Shown one piece after another: positions 1 to 10,250 of a stretch of DNA of 64,000 nt (its first letter is position 1; each line of letters begins with the position of its first letter). The stretch lies in contig OZ024744.1 of the NCBI GenBank assembly GCA_964016885.1, positions 27,032,001 through 27,096,000 of the forward strand, written 5' to 3'. The position numbers were made by a program, and so were the translations under genes. This DNA comes from Eledone cirrhosa. Lineage: Eukaryota. Under the pieces are notes generated by a model. That model was given only the letters and a program-made list of their open reading frames with translations. It did not search any database and was not told the DNA's origin.

Positions 1-3000
1 GGACACCAGAAGACTCCACTGTTACGGCTAGGAATCTCAGTGCATGTGGTGGTAAGAGGGAGGTAACCTTAGGGCCAGGGACACCAGAAGACTCCACTGT
101 TACGGCTAGGCATCTCAGTGTATGTGGTGGTAAGAGGGGAGGTAACCTTAGGGCCAGGGACACCAGAAGTCTCCACAGCTGCGGCTAGGCATCTCAGTGC
201 ATGTGGTGGTAAGAAGGGAGGTAAACTTAGGGCCAAGGACACCAGAACTCTCCACTGCTACGGCTAGGCATCTCAGTGCATGTGGTGGTAAGAAGGGAGG
301 TAACCTTAGGTCCAGGGACAGCAGAAGTCTCCACTGCTACGGCTAGGCATCTCAGTGCATGTGGTGGTAAGAAGGGAAGGAACCTTAGGGCCAGGGACAC
401 CAGAAGTCTCCACTGTTACGGCTAGGCATCTCAGTGCATGTGGTGGTAAGAAGGGAGGGAACCTTAGGGCCAGGGACACCAGAAGTCTCCACTGTTACGG
501 CTAGGCATCTCAGTGCATGTGGTGGTAACAAGGGAGGGAACCTTAGGGCCAGGCACATCAGAAGTCTCCACTGTTACGGCTAGGCATCTCAGTGCATGTG
601 GTGGTAAGAAGGGAGGTAACCTTAGGGCCAGGGACACCAGAAGTCTCCAGTGTTCCGGCTAGGCATCTCAGTGCATGTGGTGGTAAGAAGGGAGGTAACC
701 TTAGGGCCAGGGACACCAGAAGTCTCTACTGTTACGGCTAGGCATCTCAGTGCATGTGGTAGTAGGAAGGGAGGTAACATTAGGGCCAGGGACACCAGAA
801 GACTCCACTGTTACGGCTAGGCATCTCAGTGCATGTGGTGGTAAGAGGGGAGGTAACCTTAGGGCCAGGGACACCAGAAGTCTCCACTGTTACGGCTAGG
901 CATGTCAGTGCATGTGGAGGTAAGAAGGGGGGTAACCTTAGGGCCAAGGACACCAGAAGTCTCCACTGCTACGGCTCGGCATCTCAGTGCATCTGGTGGT
1001 AATAAGGGAGGTAACCTTAGGTCCAGGGACACCAGAAGTCTCCACTGTTAAGGCCAGGCATCTCAGTGCATGTGGTGGTAAGAAGGGGGGTAACCTTAGG
1101 GCCAAGGACACCAGAAGTCTCCACTGTTACGGCTAGGCATCTCAGTGCAAATGGTGGTAAGATGGGAGGTAACCTTAGGGCCAGGGACACCAGAAGACAC
1201 CACTGTTACGGCTAGGCATCTCAGTGCATGTGGTGGTAAGAAGGGAGGTAACCTTAGGGCCAAGGACACCAGAAGTCTCCACTGTTACGGCTAGGCATCT
1301 CAGTGCAAATGGTGGTAAGATGGGAGGTAACCTTAGGGCCAGGGACACCAGAAGACACCACTGTTACGGCTAGGCATCTCAGTGCATGTGGTGGTAAGAA
1401 GGGAGGTAACCTTAGGGCCAAGGACACCAGAAGTCTCCACTGTTACGGCTAGGCATCTCAGTGCATGTGGTGGTAAGAAGGGAGGTAACCTTCGGGCCAA
1501 GGACACCAGAAGTCTCCACTGTTACGGCTAGGCATCTCAGTGCATGTGGTGGTAAGAAGGGAGGTAACCTTAGGGCCAGGGACACCAGAAGACTCCACTG
1601 TTACGGCTAGGCATCTCAGTGCATGTGGTGGTAAGAAGGGAGGTAACCTTAGGGACTAGGACACCAGAAGTCTCCACTGTTACGTCTAGGCATCTCAGTG
1701 CATGTGGTGGTAAGAAAGCAGGTAACCTTAGGGCCAGGGACACCAGAAGTCTCCACTGCTACGGCGAGGCATCTCAGTGCATGTGGTGGTAAGAAGGGAG
1801 GTAACCTTAGGGCCAGGGACTCCAGAAGTCTCCACTGTTACGGCTAGGCATATCAGTGCAAGTGGTGGTAAGAAAGGAGGTAACCTTAGGGCCAGGGACA
1901 CCAGAAGTCTCCACTGCTACGGCTAGGCATCTCAGTGCATGTGGTGGTAAGAAGGGAGGTAACCTTAGGGCCAGGGACACCAGAAGTCTCCACTGTTACG
2001 GCTAGGCATCTCAGTGCATGTGGTGGTAAGAAGGGAGGTAACATTAGGGCCAGGGACACCAGAAGACTCCACTGTTACGGCTAGGCATCTCAGTGCATGT
2101 GGTGGTAAGAGGGGAGGTAACCTTAGGGCCAGGGACACCAGAAGTCTCCACTGTTACGTCTAGGCATGTCAGTGCATGTGGTGGTAAGAAAGGAGGTAAC
2201 CTTAGGGCCAAGGACACCAGAAGTCTCCACTGCTACGGCTAGGCATCTCAGTGCATGTGGTGGTAAGAAGGGAAGGAACCTCAGGGCCAGGGACACCAGA
2301 AGTCTCCACTGTTACGGCTAGGCATCTCAGTGCATGTGGTGGTAAGAAGGGAGGGAACCTTAGGGCCAGGGACACCAGAAGTCTCCACTGTTACGGCTAG
2401 GCATCTCAGTGCATGTGGTGTTAAGAAGGGAGGGAACCTTAGGGCCAGGCACATCAGAAGTCTCCACTGCTACGGCTAGGCATCTCAGTGCATGTGGTGG
2501 TAAGAAAGGAGGTAACCTTAGGTCCAGGGACACCAGAACTCTCCACTGTTACGGCTAGGCATCTAAGTGCATTTGGTGGTAAGAAGGGAGGTAACCTTAG
2601 GGCCAAGGACACCAGAAGTCTCCACTGCTACGGCTAGGCATCTCAGTGCATGTGGTGGTAAGAAGGGAGGTAACCTTAGGGCCAGGGACAGCAGAAGTCT
2701 CCACTGCTACGGCTAGGCATCTCAGTGCATGTGGTGGCAAGAAGGGAGGTAACCTTAGGGCCAGGGACACCAGAAGTCTACACTGTTACGGCTAGGCATA
2801 TCAGTGCATGTGGTGGTAAGAAGGGAGGTAACCTTAGGGCCAGGGACACCAGAAGACTCCACTGTTACGGCTAGGCATCTCAGTGCATGTGGTGGTAAGA
2901 AGGGAGGTGACCTTAGGGCCAGGGACACCAGAAGTCTCCACTGTTACGGCTAGGCATCTCACTTCAGGTGGTGGTAAAAAGGAAGGTAACGTTAGGGCCA

Positions 3001-6000
3001 AGGACACCAGAAGTCTCCACTGCTACGGCTAGGCATCTCAGTGCATGTGGTGGTAAGAAGGGAGGTAACCTTTGGGCCAAGGACACCAGAAGTCACCACT
3101 GCTACGGCTAGGCATCTCAGTGCATGTGGTGGTAAGAAGGGAGGTAACCTTAGGGCCAGGGACACCAGAAGACTCCACTGTTACGGCTAGGAATCTCAGT
3201 GCATGTGGTGGTAAGAGGGAGGTAACCTTAGGGCCAGGGACACCAGAAGACTCCACTGTTACGGCTAGGCATCTCAGTGCATGTGGTGGTAAGAGGGGAG
3301 GTAACCTTAGGGCCAGGGACACCAGAAGTCTCCACAGCTGCGGCTAGGCATCTCAGTGCATGTGGTGGTAAGAAGGGAGGTAAACTTAGGGCCAAGGACA
3401 CCAGAACTCTCCACTGCTACGGCTAGGCATCTCAGTGCATGTGGTGGTAAGAAGGGAGGTAACCTTAGGTCCAGGGACAGCAGAAGTCTCCACTGCTACG
3501 GCTAGGCATCTCAGTGCATGTGGTGGTAAGAAGGGAAGGAACCTTAGGGCCAGGGACACCAGAAGTCTCCACTGTTACGGCTAGGCATCTCAGTGCATGT
3601 GGTGGTAAGAAGGGAGGGAACCTTAGGGCCAGGGACACCAGAAGTCTCCACTGTTACGGCTAGGCATCTCAGTGCATGTGGTGGTAACAAGGGAGGGAAC
3701 CTTAGGGCCAGGCACATCAGAAGTCTCCACTGTTACGGCTAGGCATCTCAGTGCATGTGGTGGTAAGAAGGGAGGTAACCTTAGGGCCAGGGACACCAGA
3801 AGTCTCCAGTGTTCCGGCTAGGCATCTCAGTGCATGTGGTGGTAAGAAGGGAGGTAACCTTAGGGCCAGGGACACCAGAAGTCTCTACTGTTACGGCTAG
3901 GCATCTCAGTGCATGTGGTAGTAGGAAGGGAGGTAACATTAGGGCCAGGGACACCAGAAGACTCCACTGTTACGGCTAGGCATCTCAGTGCATGTGGTGG
4001 TAAGAGGGGAGGTAACCTTAGGGCCAGGGACACCAGAAGTCTCCACTGTTACGGCTAGGCATGTCAGTGCATGTGGAGGTAAGAAGGGGGGTAACCTTAG
4101 GGCCAAGGACACCAGAAGTCTCCACTGCTACGGCTCGGCATCTCAGTGCATCTGGTGGTAATAAGGGAGGTAACCTTAGGTCCAGGGACACCAGAAGTCT
4201 CCACTGTTAAGGCCAGGCATCTCAGTGCATGTGGTGGTAAGAAGGGGGGTAACCTTAGGGCCAAGGACACCAGAAGTCTCCACTGTTACGGCTAGGCATC
4301 TCAGTGCAAATGGTGGTAAGATGGGAGGTAACCTTAGGGCCAGGGACACCAGAAGACACCACTGTTACGGCTAGGCATCTCAGTGCATGTGGTGGTAAGA
4401 AGGGAGGTAACCTTAGGGCCAAGGACACCAGAAGTCTCCACTGTTACGGCTAGGCATCTCAGTGCAAATGGTGGTAAGATGGGAGGTAACCTTAGGGCCA
4501 GGGACACCAGAAGACACCACTGTTACGGCTAGGCATCTCAGTGCATGTGGTGGTAAGAAGGGAGGTAACCTTAGGGCCAAGGACACCAGAAGTCTCCACT
4601 GTTACGGCTAGGCATCTCAGTGCATGTGGTGGTAAGAAGGGAGGTAACCTTCGGGCCAAGGACACCAGAAGTCTCCACTGTTACGGCTAGGCATCTCAGT
4701 GCATGTGGTGGTAAGAAGGGAGGTAACCTTAGGGCCAGGGACACCAGAAGACTCCACTGTTACGGCTAGGCATCTCAGTGCATGTGGTGGTAAGAAGGGA
4801 GGTAACCTTAGGGACTAGGACACCAGAAGTCTCCACTGTTACGTCTAGGCATCTCAGTGCATGTGGTGGTAAGAAAGCAGGTAACCTTAGGGCCAGGGAC
4901 ACCAGAAGTCTCCACTGCTACGGCGAGGCATCTCAGTGCATGTGGTGGTAAGAAGGGAGGTAACCTTAGGGCCAGGGACTCCAGAAGTCTCCACTGTTAC
5001 GGCTAGGCATATCAGTGCAAGTGGTGGTAAGAAAGGAGGTAACCTTAGGGCCAGGGACACCAGAAGTCTCCACTGCTACGGCTAGGCATCTCAGTGCATG
5101 TGGTGGTAAGAAGGGAGGTAACCTTAGGGCCAGGGACACCAGAAGTCTCCACTGTTACGGCTAGGCATCTCAGTGCATGTGGTGGTAAGAAGGGAGGTAA
5201 CATTAGGGCCAGGGACACCAGAAGACTCCACTGTTACGGCTAGGCATCTCAGTGCATGTGGTGGTAAGAGGGGAGGTAACCTTAGGGCCAGGGACACCAG
5301 AAGTCTCCACTGTTACGTCTAGGCATGTCAGTGCATGTGGTGGTAAGAAAGGAGGTAACCTTAGGGCCAAGGACACCAGAAGTCTCCACTGCTACGGCTA
5401 GGCATCTCAGTGCATGTGGTGGTAAGAAGGGAAGGAACCTCAGGGCCAGGGACACCAGAAGTCTCCACTGTTACGGCTAGGCATCTCAGTGCATGTGGTG
5501 GTAAGAAGGGAGGGAACCTTAGGGCCAGGGACACCAGAAGTCTCCACTGTTACGGCTAGGCATCTCAGTGCATGTGGTGTTAAGAAGGGAGGGAACCTTA
5601 GGGCCAGGCACATCAGAAGTCTCCACTGCTACGGCTAGGCATCTCAGTGCATGTGGTGGTAAGAAAGGAGGTAACCTTAGGTCCAGGGACACCAGAACTC
5701 TCCACTGTTACGGCTAGGCATCTAAGTGCATTTGGTGGTAAGAAGGGAGGTAACCTTAGGGCCAAGGACACCAGAAGTCTCCACTGCTACGGCTAGGCAT
5801 CTCAGTGCATGTGGTGGTAAGAAGGGAGGTAACCTTAGGGCCAGGGACAGCAGAAGTCTCCACTGCTACGGCTAGGCATCTCAGTGCATGTGGTGGCAAG
5901 AAGGGAGGTAACCTTAGGGCCAGGGACACCAGAAGTCTACACTGTTACGGCTAGGCATATCAGTGCATGTGGTGGTAAGAAGGGAGGTAACCTTAGGGCC

Positions 6001-7000
6001 AGGGACACCAGAAGACTCCACTGTTACGGCTAGGCATCTCAGTGCATGTGGTGGTAAGAAGGGAGGTGACCTTAGGGCCAGGGACACCAGAAGTCTCCAC
6101 TGTTACGGCTAGGCATCTCACTTCAGGTGGTGGTAAAAAGGAAGGTAACGTTAGGGCCAAGGACACCAGAAGTCTCCACTGCTACGGCTAGGCATCTCAG
6201 TGCATGTGGTGGTAAGAAGGGAGGTAACCTTTGGGCCAAGGACACCAGAAGTCACCACTGCTACGGCTAGGCATCTCAGTGCATGTGGTGGTAAGAAGGG
6301 AGGTAACCTTAGGGCCAGGGACACCAGAAGACTCCACTGTTACGGCTAGGAATCTCAGTGCATGTGGTGGTAAGAGGGAGGTAACCTTAGGGCCAGGGAC
6401 ACCAGAAGACTCCACTGTTACGGCTAGGCATCTCAGTGCATGTGGTGGTAAGAGGGGAGGTAACCTTAGGGCCAGGGACACCAGAAGTCTCCACAGCTGC
6501 GGCTAGGCATCTCAGTGCATGTGGTGGTAAGAAGGGAGGTAAACTTAGGGCCAAGGACACCAGAAGTCTCCACTGCTACGGCTAGGCATCTCAGTGCATG
6601 TGGTGGTAAGAAGGGAGGTAACCTTAGGTCCAGGGACAGCAGAAGTCTCCACTGCTACGGCTAGGCATCTCAGTGCATGTGGTGGTAAGAAGGGAAGGAA
6701 CCTTAGGGCCAGGGACACCAGAAGTCTCCACTGTTACGGCTAGGCATCTCAGTGCATGTGGTGGTAAGAAGGGAGGGAACCTTAGGGCCAGGGACACCAG
6801 AAGTCTCCACTGTTACGGCTAGGCATCTCAGTGCATGTGGTGGTAACAAGGGAGGGAACCTTAGGGCCAGGCACATCAGAAGTCTCCACTGTTACGGCTA
6901 GGCATCTCAGTGCATGTGGTGGTAAGAAGGGAGGTAACCTTAGGGCCAGGGACACCAGAAGTCTCCAGTGTTCCGGCTAGGCATCTCAGTGCATGTGGTG
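1..7000. repeat. 40-monomer HOR (3159 bp): two full copies (1-3159, 3160-6318) plus a partial third
   Basis: The same ordered variants (CACAGCTGCG, GGCACATCAG, CAGTGTTCCG, CAAATGG, GGACTAGG, CACTTCAGG, CTTTGGG) recur at a 3159-bp offset. Identical ORFs start at 3038 and 6197. 3159 = 40x79 - 1, matching one 78-mer per unit. Confidence 0.93.
453..475 (+). other. Putative G-quadruplex-forming motif GGGAGGGAACCTTAGGGCCAGGG (first of many variant monomers)
   Basis: The motif matches the canonical G3-N1-7 x4 pattern with loops of 1, 7 and 3 nt. It recurs at, for example, 2349, 3612, 5508, 6771, 15123 and 25921. The pattern is seen directly, but folding is untested. Confidence 0.6.
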
Positions 7001-10000
7001 GTAAAAAGGGAGGTAACCTTAGGGCCAAGGACACGAGAAGTCTCCACTGCTACGGCTAGGCATCTCAGTGCATGTGGTGGTAAGAAGGGAGGTAACCTTT
7101 GGGCCAAGGACACCAGAAGTCACCACTGCTACGGCTAGGCATCTCAGTGCATGTGGTGGTAAGAAGGGAGGTAACATTAGGGCCAGGGACACCAGAAGAC
7201 TCCACTGTTACGGCTAGGAATCTCAGTGCATGTGGTGGTAAGAGGGAGGTAACCTTAGGGCCAGGGACACCAGAAGTCTCCACTGTTACGGCTAGGCATC
7301 TCAGTGCATGTGGTGGTAAGAGGGAGGTAACCTTAGGGCCGGGGACACCAGAAATCACCACTGTTACGGTTAGGCATCTCAGTGCATGTGGTGGTAAGAA
7401 AGGAGGTAACCTTAGTCCAAGGACACCAGAAGTCTCCACTGCTACGGCTAGGCATCTCAGTGCATTTGCTGGTAAGAAGGGAGGTAACCTTAGGGCCAGG
7501 GACACCAGAAGTCACCACTGCTACGGCTAGGCATCTCAGTGCATGTGGTGGTAAGAAGGGAGGTAACCTTAGGGCCAGGGACACCAGAAGACTCCAATGT
7601 TACGGCTAGGAATCTCAGTGCATGTGGTTGTAAGAGGGAGGTAACCTTAGGGCCAGGGACACCAGAAGTCTCCACTGTTACGGCTAGGCATCTCAGTGCA
7701 TGTGGTCGTAAGAGGGATGTAACCTTAGGGCCAGGGACACCAGAAGTTTCCACTGTTACGGCTAGGCATCTCAGTTCATGTGGTGGTAAGAAGGGAGGTA
7801 ACCTTAGGCCAAGGACACCAGAAGTCACCACTGCTACGGCTAGGCATCTCAGTGCATCTGGTGGTAAGAAGGGAGGTAACCTTAGGCCAGGGACACCAGA
7901 AGTCTACACTGTTACGGCTAGGCATCTCAGTGCATGTGGTGGTAAGAAGGGAGGTAACCTTAGGGCCAAGGACACCAGAAGTCTCCACTGTTACGGCTAG
8001 GCATCTCAGTGCATGTGGTGGTAAGAAGGGAGGTAACCTTCGGGCCAAGGACACCAGAAGTCTCCACTGTTACGGCTAGGCATCTCAGTGCATGTGGTGG
8101 TAAGAAGGGAGGTAACCTTAGGGCCAGGGACACCAGAAGACTCCACTGTTACGGCTAGGCATCTCAGTGCATGTGGTGGTAAGAAGGGAGGTGACCTTAG
8201 GGCCAGGGACACCAGAAGTCTCCACTGTTACGGCTAGGCATCTCACTTCAGGTGGTGGTAAAAAGGAAGGTAACGTTAGGGCCAAGGACACCAGAAGTCT
8301 CCACTGCTACGGCTAGGCATCTCAGTGCATGTGGTGGTAAGAAGGGAGGTAACCTTTGGGCCAAGGACACCAGAAGTCACCACTGCTACGGCTAGGCATC
8401 TCAGTGCATGTGGTGGTAAGAAGGGAGGTAACCTTAGGGCCAGGGACACCAGAAGACTCCACTGTTACGGCTAGGAATCTCAGTGCATGTGGTGGTAAGA
8501 GGGAGGTAACCTTAGGGCCAGGGACACCAGAAGACTCCACTGTTACGGCTAGGCATCTCAGTGCATGTGGTGGTAAGAGGGGAGGTAACCTTAGGGCCAG
8601 GGACACCAGAAGTCTCCACAGCTGCGGCTAGGCATCTCAGTGCATGTGGTGGTAAGAAGGGAGGTAAACTTAGGGCCAAGGACACCAGAAGTCTCCACTG
8701 CTACGGCTAGGCATCTCAGTGCATGTGGTGGTAAGAAGGGAGGTAACCTTAGGTCCAGGGACAGCAGAAGTCTCCACTGCTACGGCTAGGCATCTCAGTG
8801 CATGTGGTGGTAAGAAGGGAAGGAACCTTAGGGCCAGGGACACCAGAAGTCTCCACTGTTACGGCTAGGCATCTCAGTGCATGTGGTGGTAAGAAGGGAG
8901 GGAACCTTAGGGCCAGGGACACCAGAAGTCTCCACTGTTACGGCTAGGCATCTCAGTGCATGTGGTGGTAACAAGGGAGGGAACCTTAGGGCCAGGCACA
9001 TCAGAAGTCTCCACTGTTACGGCTAGGCATCTCAGTGCATGTGGTGGTAAGAAGGGAGGTAACCTTAGGGCCAGGGACACCAGAAGTCTCCAGTGTTCCG
9101 GCTAGGCATCTCAGTGCATGTGGTGGTAAAAAGGGAGGTAACCTTAGGGCCAAGGACACGAGAAGTCTCCACTGCTACGGCTAGGCATCTCAGTGCATGT
9201 GGTGGTAAGAAGGGAGGTAACCTTTGGGCCAAGGACACCAGAAGTCACCACTGCTACGGCTAGGCATCTCAGTGCATGTGGTGGTAAGGAGGGAGGTAAC
9301 ATTAGGGCCAGGGACACCAGAAGACTCCACTGTTACGGCTAGGAATCTCAGTGCATGTGGTGGTAAGAGGGAGGTAACCTTAGGGCCAGGGACACCAGAA
9401 GTCTCCACTGTTACGGCTAGGCATCTCAGTGCATGTGGTGGTAAGAGGGAGGTAACCTTAGGGCCGGGGACACCAGAAATCACCACTGTTACGGTTAGGC
9501 ATCTCAGTGCATGTGGTGGTAAGAAAGGAGGTAACCTTAGTCCAAGGACACCAGAAGTCTCCACTGCTACGGCTAGGCATCTCAGTGCATTTGCTGGTAA
9601 GAAGGGAGGTAACCTTAGGGCCAGGGACACCAGAAGTCACCACTGCTACGGCTAGGCATCTCAGTGCATGTGGTGGTAAGAAGGGAGGTAACCTTAGGGC
9701 CAGGGACACCAGAAGACTCCAATGTTACGGCTAGGAATCTCAGTGCATGTGGTTGTAAGAGGGAGGTAACCTTAGGGCCAGGGACACCAGAAGTCTCCAC
9801 TGTTACGGCTAGGCATCTCAGTGCATGTGGTCGTAAGAGGGATGTAACCTTAGGGCCAGGGACACCAGAAGTTTCCACTGTTACGGCTAGGCATCTCAGT
9901 TCATGTGGTGGTAAGAAGGGAGGTAACCTTAGGCCAAGGACACCAGAAGTCACCACTGCTACGGCTAGGCATCTCAGTGCATCTGGTGGTAAGAAGGGAG

Positions 10001-10250
10001 GTAACCTTAGGCCAGGGACACCAGAAGTCTACACTGTTACGGCTAGGCATCTCAGTGCATGTGGTGGTAAGAAGGGAGGTAACCTTAGGGCCAAGGACAC
10101 CAGAAGTCTCCACTGTTACGGCTAGGCATCTCAGTGCATGTGGTGGTAAGAAGGGAGGTAACCTTCGGGCCAAGGACACCAGAAGTCTCCACTGTTACGG
10201 CTAGGCATCTCAGTGCATGTGGTGGTAAGAAGGGAGGTAACCTTAGGGCC
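6000..10250. repeat. 27-monomer HOR (2125 bp), two tandem copies
   Basis: The GGTGACC variant lies at 6065 and 8190. ORF pairs 6197/8322 and 7065/9190 are offset by 2125 = 27x79 - 8, matching eight 78-mers. Confidence 0.92.

Noticed and set aside
36-58. tRNA- or SINE-derived monomer (CTCAGTG...GGTAAGA resembles a D-arm or A box)
   Set aside because: There is no B box (GTTCRA), the spacing is wrong and no cloverleaf can be formed.
1490-1506. CENP-B box at the CTTCGGGCCAAGGACAC variant
   Set aside because: It has TTCG and the central A but lacks the required terminal CGGG of NTTCGNNNNANNCGGGN.
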